The position numbers were made by a program, and so were the translations under genes. The notes under the pieces are model-generated. The model was not told the DNA's origin, searched no databases, and saw only the letters and a list, made by a program, of their open reading frames with translations. Positions 14,402 to 28,028 of a stretch of 64,000 nt of DNA are shown here, piece by piece (the stretch's first letter is position 1; each line of letters begins with the position of its first letter). The stretch covers positions 363,320,001 through 363,384,000 of the forward strand of contig OZ024742.1 of the NCBI GenBank assembly GCA_964016885.1, in the 5' to 3' direction. Source of the DNA: Eledone cirrhosa (taxonomy: Eukaryota).

Positions 14402-15402
14402 TAGTTAATTTCATGGTGTAGTTAATTTCATTCCATTCCACATGTCTTTCTCTTAGTCGACTACTTTTTCTCAGTATTCAACTATATTTGACAACTGAAC
14501 TGTGTTACAATATTCCTCGAGGACCAGCATCGACTTTGTTAACCCAACTGTAAACACTGCTACCGTTGTTAATGAAGACGAAATTAGATTTATTTCTTCG
14601 GGGATATTCTAAAGTTACTTTACTATCCAGCTAACATGGAATTTTTCTAATGTTTCACCTTTTCTTATGTATTTAAATGTGTTTAAATTTTATTAGAGGA
14701 GAGTGTAATCCATTTTAATTTCATGAGCAAGCTATTTGGTTGATCAAATAGCTGGAAAAATCATCATTGAAAACGACGAGGATCCATACCATTTTAACTT
14801 GTAAAATGTCTGTTGTTGTTCCTTGAGATAATTAAAGCAACAGTTTCAGAACCAAATATATAGAACGGATGAAACTACTTAGTATAAAACAGGAAAAGAA
14901 AGGCATAAAAAAAGAAAACGAAACACGACACACATACACACACACCTACAAACAACCACACACACACACACAACCACATACACACACGCATACAAACAAA
15001 CACACACACGCACACAACCACACAACCACACGCACACAACCACACACACACATACAGACACACACACACACAAGAAATATACTCTTCGGTTAGTTCTTAG
15101 TAGAGAAAAGGGGAGTAACTCATATTTCACTACCGTGTGACGAGACGTTTGATGTGTTTGCTATGAGGACTCGTGTGACGAGATGTTTGATGTGAGTGTT
15201 TGCTACCAGGAATCAGGAAATGGCAGGGGATATAATGATACATGGTATTTACTTACGTACCTTTAATGTCTGAGTTCGAATTTCATCGAAATCGCATATC
15301 GATAAATTACCAATCAAGTGTCTGCTACGTTTTAAATGAAGATCCCCTCCTCTCAAAATTATTGGACATGTGCTAAAATACGAAGCACTTATTAGAGAGT
15401 AG

Positions 15403-15620
15403 AACGGTGGTGTGTTGACAGTAATCGGTAGAGCATCGGTCAATACGCTTCGCAGCCTCTTATGGCCCTTTACGTTCTGAGTTCAAATCCCGCTGGCGTT
15501 AGCTTACATTTCATCCTTACTGGGTCGATAAAATAAAGTACCAGTAACACACTGGATGTATTTCATCCCCCGCCCCTCCTCCAAAATGGTTGACCTTGTG
15601 CCTAAATCAGAAACCTTTAT
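15403..15620 (+). mobile_element. SINE family 1
   Basis: gagttcaaatcccg..tttcatccttactgggtcgataaaataaagtaccag..gaccttgtgcctaaatcagaaac. Confidence 0.8.
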
Positions 15621-16385
15621 CAGGAGGAAGAAATATAAAAAACATCAAATTTAGAAACCAATATTAGAAAGAAGGAAAAGTAATATATCGATCAAGTTAT
15701 TTAATGATGGCGGCATTGCCGGCATAATTATATTGAATTAGGTCGAACCCAGATCTAATTTGGCCCTAAGGAAATCCTGACATATCTTTATAACATTTAA
15801 ATGTGTCAATAAGGCTTAAGTGACTTATATTTATTTTCAAAGTTGATAAGGAAATGAAATGTGAAGCTACTTATCAAAGATCAATAATTTTTATTGGAAA
15901 TATGATGATTTTCTTTCTGAAATTATACATCAATTATCTGATTTAGCTCAGTAAAATTACACCTATTTAGTTTTATAAATGTTTATTAATTTTTATATAT
16001 GTCGATTTAATCTCATATATGTTTATTATAAATAAATATATCGTATATATCTACAAATGCACAACTATTATAAATCAGAGACTGTTCTACTGCCAATTAA
16101 TTGCATTAATTACAGCCACACACTATATTCAAATGAATATCTAAAACTGATGAATTTTTACGCAAATTCAAGTCTCTGTACCGAATAAATAATGTCACTG
16201 ATGATGGATTAAAAAATCCTGAAACACTAATGCCAGGAGTTCTAACAGAGCTACTGAGATATCCGCGACATAGCAATGTTTGAATCAATCATAGTGAGAG
16301 ATATATATGTTATATATAAACACATCGTAGCTGACTTCATATAAACTGTTACATAATTAAAATAGCAAATAATTATAACATTCAT

Positions 16386-17702
16386 TTGGTGGTGGTGGTG
16401 TTGGTGGTGGTGGTGGTGGTGGTGGTGGTGGTGGTGGTGTTGGTGGTGGTGTTGGTGGTGGTGTTGGTGGTGGTGGTGGTGGTGTTGGTGGTGTTGGTGG
16501 TGGTGTTGTTGGTGGTGGTGGTGGTGGTGGTGGTGTTGGTGGTGGTGTTGGTGGTGGTGTTGGTGGTGGTGTTGGTGGTGGTGGTGGTGGTGTTGGTGGT
16601 GGTGGTGGTGGTGGTGTTGGTGGTGGTGTTGGTGGTGGTGTTGGTGATGGTGTTGGTGGTGGTGTTGGTGGTGGTGGTGGTGGTGGTGGTGGTGTTGGTG
16701 GTGGTGTTGGTGGTGGTGTTGGTGGTGGTGTTGGTGGTGGTGGTGTTGGAGGTGGTGGTGGTGTTGGTGGTGGTGTTGGTGGTGGTGTTGGTGGTGGTGT
16801 TGGTGGTGGTGGTGGTGGTGGTGTTGGAGGTAGTGTTGGTGGTGGTGTTGGTGTTGGTGGTGGCGTTGGTGGTTTTGGTGGTGGTGGTGGGGGTGTTGGT
16901 GGTGTTGGTGTGGTGTTGGTGGTGGTGGTGTTGGTGTTGGTGGTGTTGCTGGTGGTGTTGGTGAGGTTGGTGAGTTGTTGGTGGTGGTGGTGGTGGTGGT
17001 GTTGGAGGTAGTGTTGGTGGTGGTCTTGGTGGTGGCGTTGGTGGTTTTGGTGGTGGTGGTGGGGGTGTTGGTGGTGGTGGGGGGGGGGGGGGGGTAGTGT
17101 TGGTGGTGGTGTTGGTGGTGTTGGTGCTGGTGTTGGTGTTGGTGTTGGTGGTGTTGGTGGTGTTGGCGGTGGTTGTGGTGGTGTTGGTGGTGGTGTTGGT
17201 GGTGGTGTTGGTGGTGTTGGTGGTGGTGTTGGTTGTGTTGGTGCTGTAGTGGGTGTTGGTGGTGGTGGTAGTGTTGGTGGTGTTGGTGATGGTGTTGGTG
17301 TGGTGGTTTGGTGTTGGCGTGGTGTAGTTGGTCATGGGGGTGGTGGTAGTGTTGGTGTGGTGTAGTGGGCGTTGGTGTGGTGGTGTTGGTGGTGTCGGTA
17401 GTGGTGTTGGTGGTGTGGTGTTGGTGTGGTGTTGGTGGTGTGGTGTCGGTGTGGTGTTGGTGTTGGTGTCGTGTTGGTGGTGGTGGTGGTGGTGGTGGTG
17501 GTGTTGTTGTTGCTGTTGTTGTTGTTGTTGGTGGTGGTGGTGTTGGTGTGGTGCTGGTGTGGTGGTAGTGGGATTAGTGTGTTGTAGGTGGTCTTGGTGG
17601 TGTTGCTGGTGGTGTTGCGGGTGGTGTTGGTGGTGGAGATGATGGTGTTGGTGGTGGTGTTGGTGGTGGTGGTAGTGTTGGTGGGGGTGGAGTTGGTGGT
17701 GT
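16386..17702. repeat. (GGT)n/(GTT)-interrupted low-complexity trinucleotide tract, about 1.3 kb
   Basis: Direct reading. The Val/Thr-rich ORFs are artefacts. Confidence 0.95.
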
Positions 17703-18007
17703 TATTAACAAACCTAAATTTGTTGTTATTTATCTGCAATTTTGGAACACGACTTAAATGTCTCCACATAATATCAAGATAGTGCGATAGTTTTTTTTTT
17801 TTTTTTTAGAAACATAAACACTTTAACATAAAAGTAGTTTGTACCCTACAACGAGTAGGGTGGGTTCGGGTGGGGTGCGGTGGGGCGGGTGTATGTTGTG
17901 TGGTAAATAATTGGCTTCCAATTGAAATTAGTGAGAAAACGGAATGTAACGCACCTTTGTTTTTACATGTGCCTACATATGTATGCTTAATGAACACAAT
18001 ATATATA

Positions 18008-18436
18008 ATTGGTAAACGGAATAGAAAATGCTGACAAATTGTTCACAGTTGAAAAATGGTTTAATTAGGAATAAAAGAAGAGTATTAGTGATTGTATGGG
18101 TTAGTATTCAGTTGTGGTTTTAAGTTTTTAAGTTTTTACCGGTTGCGCATTTCTAAATGCTTTTCAAAAATAATTTTGAGATAGAGTGTCCGTGTTGTTT
18201 GCTCTGATCAGAGCAAACAACACGGACACTCTATCTCAAAATTATTTTTGAAAAGCATTTAGAAATGCGCAACCGGTAAAAACTTAAAAACTTAAAACCA
18301 CAACTGAATACTAACCCATACAATCACTAATACTCTTCTTTTATTCCTAATTAAACCATTTTTCAACTGTGAACAATTTGTCAGCATTTTCTATTCCGTT
18401 TACCAATATATAATAACTTGTGTGTTACACCTCTAT

Positions 18437-18445
<9 letters not shown>
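18008..18445. mobile_element. Perfect 200-bp-arm fold-back element (family D 3' end) with an asymmetric 3' tail
   Basis: 18008-18207 is the reverse complement of 18208-18407, with zero spacer (ctctga|tcagag). Extra tail ataacttgtgtgttacacctctattctttt on the right only. TA-repeat flanks. Confidence 0.92.
18245..18281 (+). ncRNA. HHR-like motif, U3-A8 core with GAAA changed to GCAA (mirror copy at 18134-18170 on minus)
   Basis: ttt-TTGAAAA-gcattt ag aaatgc-GCAAC-CG-GTA-aaa. Stem III palindrome ACCGGT. Confidence 0.5.
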
Positions 18446-18485
<40 letters not shown>

Positions 18486-18799
18486 GTTCATTAAGCATAC
18501 ATATGTAGGCACATGTACAAACAAAAGTGCATGTGTCTATGTAGGCACGTGCCTCTCTGGATGAATGTATGCGTACGTTTATATGTTTATATGTTCTCCT
18601 TAATGTGTTGGTATAGCGGGAGTCTATGCGTACGACTGTCGTTATCTGATTGTGTGTGTATGTGTGTGCGTGAGTGCGCGCGTGGATGTGTGAACTACCA
18701 AACAAAGCAGTAATTCATTGAAGTGTAGCACACATGGGACAGTGGAATGGTATCTGTGGTCAGATTTATGATGACGTAGAAAACCAGCGGCCAATCACA

Positions 18800-18893
18800 G
18801 GACGCGCGAAGAGAATGACGTTTTTGACGGTACTAACCCATAGGGTCAGATAAGCCAGTGAGAGAATATGCTCCGAAATAATTAGTCGTGTCC
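18800..18893 (+). ncRNA. Degenerate hammerhead with long stem II in element about 18680-19015
   Basis: Stem I ggacgc/gtgtcc (6 bp), core GCGAAGA ... GAAAT-AATTA-GTC. Confidence 0.4.
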
Positions 18894-19015
18894 GCCGAAC
18901 CTGCGGCTCCAGAATCAGACAGATCTACACAATGATCGTGTCTCGAGCTGGCCGCCAGCGAAGCAATTGTAACACACAATAAATTGAGTTCAGATGCATC
19001 ACTGATTTTTCATTT

Positions 19016-19048
<33 letters not shown>

Positions 19049-19081
19049 ACAGATTATATATATATATATATAATCTGTTAT

Positions 19082-19122
<41 letters not shown>

Positions 19123-19125
19123 CTG

Positions 19126-19181
<56 letters not shown>

Positions 19182-19202
19182 ATAACAGATTATATATATA
19201 TA

Positions 19203-19323
19203 GAGGTTCCTCATCTTCGCGGCGTTGGTTTTGGCCATGTAGTCGGCTATGTTAGGTGCGGTGGAGAAGGAATACTTCACCGTGTGGCGGTTGAAAATCG
19301 AAGGCGGGAATCACTAGCCTAAC
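19203..19323 (-). pseudogene. Tiny Naiad-like PLE coding fragment between (TA)n tracts
   Basis: [21 protein letters not shown] is homologous to IFNRNTIKISYSTTPNLAHNI of family A. Confidence 0.65.
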
Positions 19324-19387
19324 GATATATATATATATATGGAGGAGGTTATAGTTCAGTTGAAGCATTGTGTAATGAAGTATCAAC

Positions 19388-19788
19388 GTTTGTATATGTA
19401 TAACAAAGCCAAAACAATGCAGGTATGGACATAGAATAAAGAATGCAAATTCAAAAGTTATTGTTGACAATTAGTCTTTTACCTTAGATTTATTTAAATG
19501 TCCTTAATTTTCGAGATAATATCTCTTCTTCGGAGGGAAGTAAAGCGGTTAAACCAGTGTTCTAAATAGCTTGCCAAATCAAGCTATTTAGAACACTTGG
19601 CAAGCTATTTAGAACACTGGTTTAACCGCTTTACTTCCCTCCGAAGAAGAGATATTATCTCGAACATTAAGGACATTTAAATAAATCTAAGGTAAAAGAC
19701 TAATTGTCAACAATATCTTTTGCATTTGCATTCTTTATTCTATGTCCATACCTGCATTATTTTGGGTTTATTATACATATACAAACAG

Positions 19789-19790
<2 letters not shown>
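19388..19790. mobile_element. Fold-back element with an HHR-like motif in each arm (19502-19534 minus; 19638-19672 plus)
   Basis: About 185-bp inverted arms. cct-CCGAAGA-a gagat att atctc-GAA(A/C)ATTA-agg. The spacer duplicates aagctatttagaacac. Confidence 0.8.
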
Positions 19791-19858
<68 letters not shown>

Positions 19859-19864
<6 letters not shown>

Positions 19865-20106
19865 AAGAAAGATGAAATCAAAAAGGCAACTGGAGTCATA
19901 TTTTAAAAAATATATATATATTTATATGGTTCCTTTACCGGTTTCACAGTTCTTCTGCTTTTCAAAAATAGAGTTGAGATGGAGAGACTCAGCTCTATTT
20001 TGGAAAAGCAGAATAACTGCTAAACCGGTAAAGGAACCAAATAAATATATATATAAAAAGAAAAAAATAAGACTCCAGTTGCATTTTTGATTTCATCTTT
20101 CATCCC

Positions 20107-20110
<4 letters not shown>
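19859..20110. mobile_element. Fold-back element with U3-A8 HHR
   Basis: About 115-bp inverted arms centred near 19982, flanked by (TA)n on both sides. Confidence 0.8.
19930..19968 (-). ncRNA. Hammerhead ribozyme, U3-A8 core variant
   Basis: Reverse complement: ttt-TTGAAAA-gcag aagaa ctgt-GAAAC-CG-GTA-aaggaa. Confidence 0.65.
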
Positions 20111-20179
<69 letters not shown>

Positions 20180-20181
<2 letters not shown>

Positions 20182-20326
20182 GAGCAGAATGGCCCGGCGT
20201 TGTTCGGTATTTGCTCTCGGGTTCTTTTAAATTTGATATATATTTATACTTATCGAGCCTCGTGAAACATATACGTTTGTTTATATTTTGTTATTATGTA
20301 TCCCAAAATATCTGTACACGAATATA

Positions 20327-20392
<66 letters not shown>

Positions 20393-20660
20393 TAACAGAT
20401 TACAGCCAGACATACAGACAGATATTATAAGGGCGCAACGTTATATCTATGTATCTATCTAAAAAGAAAGCCTAAGAATTATAGTGTGAGATCGCTAAAT
20501 CGCCTAATGCGATCCATAGGGCATTGACAATTTGAAATATTGTTTTCTCAAAACACTCACAGGACCATAAGTTTTACATGTGTAAAGTTTGAAAACAATC
20601 GATTTGGTGGTTCTCGAGTTTTATAGAGTCAGACAGACATACAGCCAGACATTTTCTCAG
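20180..20660 (+). mobile_element. Helitron-like non-autonomous element, deleted copy of 46199-46910
   Basis: gcagaatggcccggcgttgttcgg start; aaagtttgaaaacaatcg..cagacagaca end. Confidence 0.65.
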
Positions 20661-20834
20661 CTCTCGGGGTCCTACTCGTTCCTATTACCCACTCTACTAC
20701 CCTAAGTATTGAGTACTTTGGTGCGTTATGGTCCATTTGGTTCCTTACCACATTTCTTTCGTTATATATATATATATATTAAAGAGTGAGGTTTTTTACA
20801 AAATGAAAAAAAAAACGAGGTCTCCTACACGAGT

Positions 20835-21590
20835 GAAAGTATAAGGAAAAAAGATGAAAGCAAAAATGCAACTGGAGTCTTTTTTTTTTAAATATATTTA
20901 TTTGGTTCCTTTACCGGTTTCGCAGTTCCTGTGCTTTTCAAAAGTAGAATTGACATGGAGAGTTTGTGGTTTATATATATTAAAAAAGGGAAAATAATGA
21001 CTTCACTTGTAGTTCTAAACAATTTGATTTGGTAGATCTAGTAAGTTCATTGTTAACTTCGGTGGGAAGGTTTTTTTTAAAAATCCTGGTTAACTTTCCT
21101 GCAGATGAGGTTGTGTTGTGATGCGTGAGTGACTATATATAAGAGAGATTTGGATGTGTCTGGGGGTGGGGTGAGGTGTTAATGAGTGTGGGAGTGAAGG
21201 AGTCTTGATGAACATTTAAAAGAATTAAAGCATATAAATATAAATATACATATACACACACAGAAAATAGTGAATGGTGAGAGCAAAATATTTGAATAGG
21301 AGTGCTGTTGTGTTTTTTTAAAGTGTATTTAAGAAAGGCGCTGTAAAAGTGCCCCCCTGCTGGTTCCATCTCAGTAAATAACCTTTGATGAATATAATGG
21401 CAGGATGTTTTTCAAATTCGTTTCATATAATTGTGTGTCTGGTGGTGGTGGGGTTAATGAGGTGTAAGATACATGTATTTTGGTAAGAATGGGATGACAA
21501 CAAAGAGAAGATTAAAGATAGTTTGGGAATATTTGTCAGAAATGTATGTTGTTGATATTAGTTTGGGAGGGGAGTGTCGTGAGGGGGGGG
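20835..21590 (-). mobile_element. Longer copy of the U3-A8 HHR family with an upstream body
   Basis: 20840-20965 is homologous to 19861-19985, and non-microsatellite sequence continues upstream on the minus strand. The 5' boundary is uncertain. Confidence 0.55.
20906..20949 (-). ncRNA. Hammerhead ribozyme, U3-A8 core variant
   Basis: Reverse complement: ttc ta ctt-TTGAAAA-gca caggaac tgc-GAAAC-CG-GTA-aag gaa. Confidence 0.65.
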
Positions 21591-21713
21591 GGGGGGGGGG
21601 CATGCTACCTCACATATTCCCTTCCCTACATGCAAACATACTTACAGCCCATATACATCTACATACATACACACACACATATATATATACACATACACAT
21701 ATCTACACATATA

Positions 21714-21764
<51 letters not shown>

Positions 21765-22582
21765 ATATGGATTTTCAAATTTGCCGGTCATTCGATGCGG
21801 GAAGGAGCAACTTAACAGACACGATTTTTAACTGTGGTAAGAAATGTTTTTCTTATATCAAAGTTTAATGGGCTTCCACTGATGATTTATAAGTGCCCAC
21901 CTAAATATATTCTTACATGAATGTATATTAGGCTTCTACATAAACTGGAAATATTCTCCGAATTTGTAGAAAACTTATAATGAAACAATTGTTTGGAAAG
22001 AGAGATATATTTTAACTTTAATTATATCTCATAAAATAATACAACTGGCTTTTCCACATAATACATATTGTTAGCACCCCAAACACCTGAATTGGGTTTA
22101 TATTAAAATATAACCTAATGTTTGTTGAGTGAGATGGTTACCAGTCAGAGATTAGCTTTAAACTATCTCTGTTAATGTATTAATTATACATGTATATATA
22201 TATTTATATACACATACTTGCACACACACATGCATACACATACCTGTACACCTACAGACATACATACATATACATACATATATGTATACACATCTAATCA
22301 AGTATTTAAGTTCACATATACAATGGGGTGGGGAAGGAGTAATTAATGAAATGTTAGTGTACCTCCGAGGGTTGTTCTTCTCTTCAACGATCGAATGTTT
22401 GATCGGGTGTTATCCACTTCTATTTGGATATTTTTCTTTGTTCAATATGCGATTTTATATATATACACAAAGTTATATTTGTTTATATACATAGAGAGCA
22501 ACATCATATATACATATATAATTTCATCGTACACTTCGGGTGCTAGGCGCACTTATATATATATGTATATGTGTGTGTGTGT

Positions 22583-22658
<76 letters not shown>

Positions 22659-23316
22659 TATTAGGTGTATTCTTTGACAACCATAGCAAACTTACTTAAT
22701 CTAATTTTATTGTTACAGTCACCATTTTATTGATCCTATGTGGCTTTAAACAGTGATTGCAATAATTGACAGATATACACCAGCATTAATTTATGAGCAG
22801 AATTTCATAAAGTATTTTATATTTCAGACTATATATGTGACAGTCGCTAATACAGAGGTGATCAACCTCCTCATAAAAATAGAAATTGCTTATTACATGA
22901 ATGTTAACCATGTTGGTGTAAAATCTCAGACTTCTTTCCCTATATAATAAAATGTTTTTATTTCCTAATATTTGATTAAATACTCTCGTTAGCTACTATA
23001 TTTAGTAGGGAATTATATAGCCGCAGACATGGCAGTCTGGTTAATAATATTTTTTCGGAACCATGTTGTTTCCAGTTCAATCCAAATTGATAGCAAATTT
23101 AACCTCAGTGAGATTTCCTTCAGATGTAACAGTGATGTTATATAATACATTTTGTCCCGAACATTAAACACCCTGCCGTAGCTGTACCTTCTATTTTAAA
23201 GCACCGATTTCTTTTGAATCAGTAAAACCTTTTAAATAAAGCATGGTATTCGATCCCGTAAAGAAATATTTAATTAATTTTGTTGAAAATCAAAAATGCT
23301 GATAATTAACTAATTA

Positions 23317-25096
23317 CACAGTGTAACAAACATTATTTTCTCTGTTCCTGGCTTATAATCACTTTGTTTGTGTTGCTTAGGTCCCAAATAAATAAAAAAG
23401 TGCTATTAAACAGTTAAAAGTTGGGGTTTGTAAAAATTCTAAGCTATTCACTAGAATTATTTGTATGCTGGATTTTCCGTTGTATGTAAGTTTAATTTGC
23501 TTATGTTAAATGATTTTTTAATATATGTTTCAGGTTAAATTAAAATTATAAAATAAAGAGTAATACCTAAAGAAAATTATAAAAGTGCAATAAAGTATAA
23601 AATTGTTAAAAAGTGGATTAAAGAGATTTATTGATACTGGGGTACCAGAAAAAGTTCCTCACTTCTCAAACCAAAAAGAAGTCAATGACTTGGTCAGGGA
23701 TATGGGTCTGACCAAGTCCAATGCAGAGCTATTCGTCTCCAGTATGAAGCAGTGGAACTTGGTCAAGGAGGAAGTGCAGGTGACAAGTCAGAGAAGTGGA
23801 CACGAACTTTCTCAGGCTTTTACACTCTTAGGAATGGCCTCTGCTTCTGCCATGACATGCCTGGACTGTTTGACGTTATTGGGGTGCCGTTTGTGCCCAA
23901 GGAGTGGCGGCTATTTATAGACAGCTCCACCACAAGTTTGAAGGCAGTCCTCCTCCACAATGGAAACAAGTTCCCGACACTGCCCCTAGCTCATTCAGTC
24001 TGTCTGAAGGAAGATTACTACACTGTGAAAGTCATCTTGGAAGCTCTGCAATACAACCAGTACAATTGGAAAATCATTGGAGACTTCAAGATGGTGGCTT
24101 TCCTGCTTGGACTCCAAGGGGCTTTATCAAATTCCAATTCTTCCTCTGCCTTTGGGACAGCAGAGACACCTCTGACCACTACAAAAGAAAGAACTGGGAG
24201 CAGCGAACAGAATTTGTATTTGGGACCCGGAACGTCATGTGGGAGCCACTGGTTGATCCAGCATTGTGCTCATGCCGCCACTGCACATTAAGTTAGGGTT
24301 GATGAAGCAGTTTGTGAAGGTTCTCAACCAAGAATCAGCCGCTTTTAAGTACCTCCTTGAGTTCTTCCCCAAGTTATCTGAGGCCAAAATCAAAGGTGGA
24401 ATTTTTGTTGGACCTCAGATAAAGGTGTTTGAGTCTACCGAGTTCTCCGATAAGCTCAATAGGATTGAGAGAACAGCATCTAATTGTTTCAAGGCAGTTA
24501 AGGGCTTACTGGGCAACTACAGAGCTGAAAACTACCAGCAACCGGTGCAGGATCTGATAAAGGCTTTTGGCGCCATGGGATGTAGTATGTCGCTTAAATT
24601 CCATATGCTGGACGCTAACCTGGAAAATTCAAGGACAATATGGGCGCCTACTCAGAAGAACAAGGCGAACGATTCCACCAAGATATGAAAGAGATAGAGC
24701 GGAGGTACTAGGGCCATTACAATGAAAAAATGATGGGGGGACTATATCTGGGGGCTAGTGCGGGAATGCGACCTGGACTACAACCGAAAATCCAGGAAAT
24801 CCAGTCATTTCTGACGTGTATAAGTTGCTTTATAAGAGTTATTTATTTTTACTTGTTTGATTTTGATAAGCTTGTGTAATAAAATAAATATATACTCTGT
24901 TGATTTAATTATATGAACTGATAAATTAAAAAAAAAATGTGTTTTTTTTTGAAAAATATAAAAATTTCGAAATATCAAACTCCTGACCACAAACCGAAAC
25001 TTCTGATTAAATAATAGTGTTATTCTATAATAATGGGATATAACAAACCAGTAAATGACACTTAGAACCGGGGAACAAAAAATGTGTTACAAGGTG
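23317..25096 (+). mobile_element. Chapaev3-type (CMC superfamily) DNA transposon, decayed
   Basis: Ends CAC...GTG with imperfect TIRs (cacagtgtaacaaac..ttt..tgttcctgg / ccggggaacaaaaaatgtgttacaaggtg). 3-bp TSD TTA at 23314-16 and 25097-99. Confidence 0.85.
23650..24812 (+). pseudogene. Frameshifted Chapaev3-like transposase
   Basis: Motifs across shifting frames: NDLVRD.GLTK..AELF.S, WRLFIDSS..SLKAVLLHNGN, GDFKMVAFLLGLQ, PPLHIKLGLMKQFVK, MSLKFH, SEEQGERFHQD..E.RY*G. Confidence 0.88.
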
Positions 25097-27956
25097 TTAT
25101 CAATTATATTTGATTTATGATATATTTATAGAAGATAATGATAGCAAGTGAAGGGCATGAAGTTTAAAATAAAATTTAATACATACAGGATTGAATATAA
25201 TGATATATAATTTCAGGATATCACATTGCTAATTTTCATTAGAAAACCATAATTAAAATATCGGCAACTTCCTTTGAAATAATATGTAGCTTTTGTCTAA
25301 ATTTGAACTTTGTATTGGCTTTCTTTCGACCAGATATGAAAGCAGATTAATTAAACAAGGGAGGACATTTGATGGTGTGTTACACATTCACTTTTGAAAA
25401 TAATCTGAGAGGAAATTAAGTAAAATTGATTCAGAAAGATATTTAAATATCATCACAATTTCAGCTGGCCTATCATTTCTTAGAAGATCTAGACTTTGAA
25501 AAACTAATGGGGAAAAAAAAACATTCGCAAAGAACGGAAGAATCTAATATTGTTTAAAGACAAAAGATATTGAAAATATTAAAAGAAATCGCCTACAGTG
25601 ACTTGGAAATATAGAGTTGGTATATTGAAACTTATACGAGTTTTCAGTAAACCAAAATATATTTCTCATCTGCTATCCCTAACATCCATTACTGACATCC
25701 AGGTCACACATAAATACATATATCTCTCAGAAAGAGACAGCTTTGTTTTATATTTCATGATATCATATATAGTCACTGTTGAATACAAATACAACTGAAA
25801 CTCAATTGTCCAATCATAGCGGGTGATCTAAAGTTATAAATAAATGAGGAACAATCGATTTACTATTATACATCAACAATAAAATAAAACTGCCTGGAAC
25901 AGAAAAACGGAATCGTTGAAATTTCACTAGTTTTCTATTTAATATGAATGTTTTAATATAGAATCAGTTATGCAGTGAGACAGTTGGATCCAAGAAAACT
26001 ATTAATGGTTTGTATCGGAAAATAGTAATACAAAGATTTCAAAAAGCAGAAATTAATTTTATGCTATAAAAAGAAGGTTTTGAGTGGTCTCCATTTGTTA
26101 GAGATATATAAATGACTTACTTAAAAAATGCTAATTTCCTGCAAACGTAATGTTTACGTCAGAAACGTTTCTCTTCTTTGTGGCGTACACAATTTCGTGA
26201 GACTATATATTTATACCCCTGCAAATTTCTTCAAGGTCCAAGCTTAATCAAGGTTTTTGGTACAAATCTAACAGACGAACTCAGAAAACAAAAATAAAAA
26301 GAAAAAAGGTACTCTTACAATTCTGTCAAATAATCGCTTTGAACTGCCTCTTAGCGATCTAGTGGACACAGTGCTTGCAACGGAGGAGTTTGCTGCTCCT
26401 AATACCCAAAGTTCTATTGGGGGTGATATACCGAATGGCGGATAGTGTTTACCATCTAAGTAGGCCAATCAAGAATTTGAACTCTCAACACAAAGAACAA
26501 GAACCGAAAAACATACAGAAAAATGTCTCGATTGACACGCTACAATTACCGCCAGGCAACCGTCTTAGTTCTGCGTGACACTTGTTCACCAAATTGTGAA
26601 ATGTTTTTAGTTACCTCAGACTTTTTAAACGAATGACAGTGAGCAATCAGGTAAGATAAATGTACCTTTGTGTATTGCTAAACAACGGAAGAAGCGACAT
26701 GAGTCAGTGTATTCTCAGGTCTTTCAAGACTAATGGAAGGACGTCTGGTAACCTGACTCTATAGGAGGTATTGGTTATGGTGTTAACATTTCTGAATGGA
26801 TTAAGACTAACCATATGTACCACATGAAACCTCATTAGCAAGACATTCTTGAAAAATATAAAACAATACAGTGACTGCATCACATTAACATTTAGGGTCT
26901 TTACTCTCCTAAAAAATGTTCATGATGATCCGAATCTTGGTAAAGTTTATATAATCACTTGAATCAAGAAACTCTTTTTACATACTTTCTGCTAAATCAT
27001 TGCATCATGTTAAAAGATCAGTCCACTAATATAAAAACTAAATTCATTTAAATTAACAAATATGTTTTCAGATATTTTCAGTTAAATCATTACGAGTTAT
27101 TAAGATTTAAGTCTAATCTTAATCAACCATCAATGCTAATGTTTCACATGAGGAGTGAACATGTTGGCACAGTGCCCCCTTTCACAGACAATGTAACTTT
27201 CTTTCTCTTCTTAAGATATAGATTTACAGTAATAAAAGAAATTCACTACTGCCACCAATATTCTCTACTCACACAAAACTTTCTCTCCCCCTTTCAATAA
27301 CAATTACAACAACATACAACAATGCCACTACAACTACACTCAAGCCATGTCATACTAAATTTAATCGATCTAGACTGCTTTAATTCAATAATCAAAAGCT
27401 TTAACACGTTCTTACAGAAAAAAAATAGAAAATATAGCTTACAAATTTGACGATCAATAATTTTCTTCAAATAAAATTTAGTGAAAGTAATTTTCATGCC
27501 ACATACTAACCTCTTTCGCTCTGCCATTTCTCTTCTTTCTCTCTCACTCTCTCTACGATACACACTCTCTCTCACACACACTTTCTGTCACACACACTCT
27601 CAACCACACAGTGAAAAGCTCCATCTCACTTCCTCTATTTTTCTATATCTTATCAAATTCTTAATCTTTAAATATAACTTTTTATTTCTTAGTTTCTAAC
27701 TATATTTAACAACTTATCTTCGGTTCTACAACTTGTCTGTTATCTCTCTCTCTCTCCCTCTGTCTCTGTTACTCACGCTCACAAACTCTCCCCTCACTCT
27801 CGTCACCCCTCTCTTTCTACACACTCCTCTATCTACAGTCCGCTCTGTCTATACCAATTCTCTCTCTACACCCCTTTCTTTCTAACCTCCCTCTCTCTAG
27901 AGCCCCCGTCTGTCTATACACACTCTTTGTCTATAATAATTCTCTATCTACGTCTC

Positions 27957-28028
<72 letters not shown>

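Noticed and set aside
16382-17782. Thr/Asn-rich mucin-like and poly-Val ORFs
   Set aside because: Simple trinucleotide repeat; no signal peptide, flanking domain or convincing splice context.
26270-26660. Possible host exon or LINE ORF1 remnant (QTNSENKNKKKK..SNNRFELPL..)
   Set aside because: The frame ends in a stop after about 57 codons and has no recognisable domain. It needs BLAST or RNA-seq.
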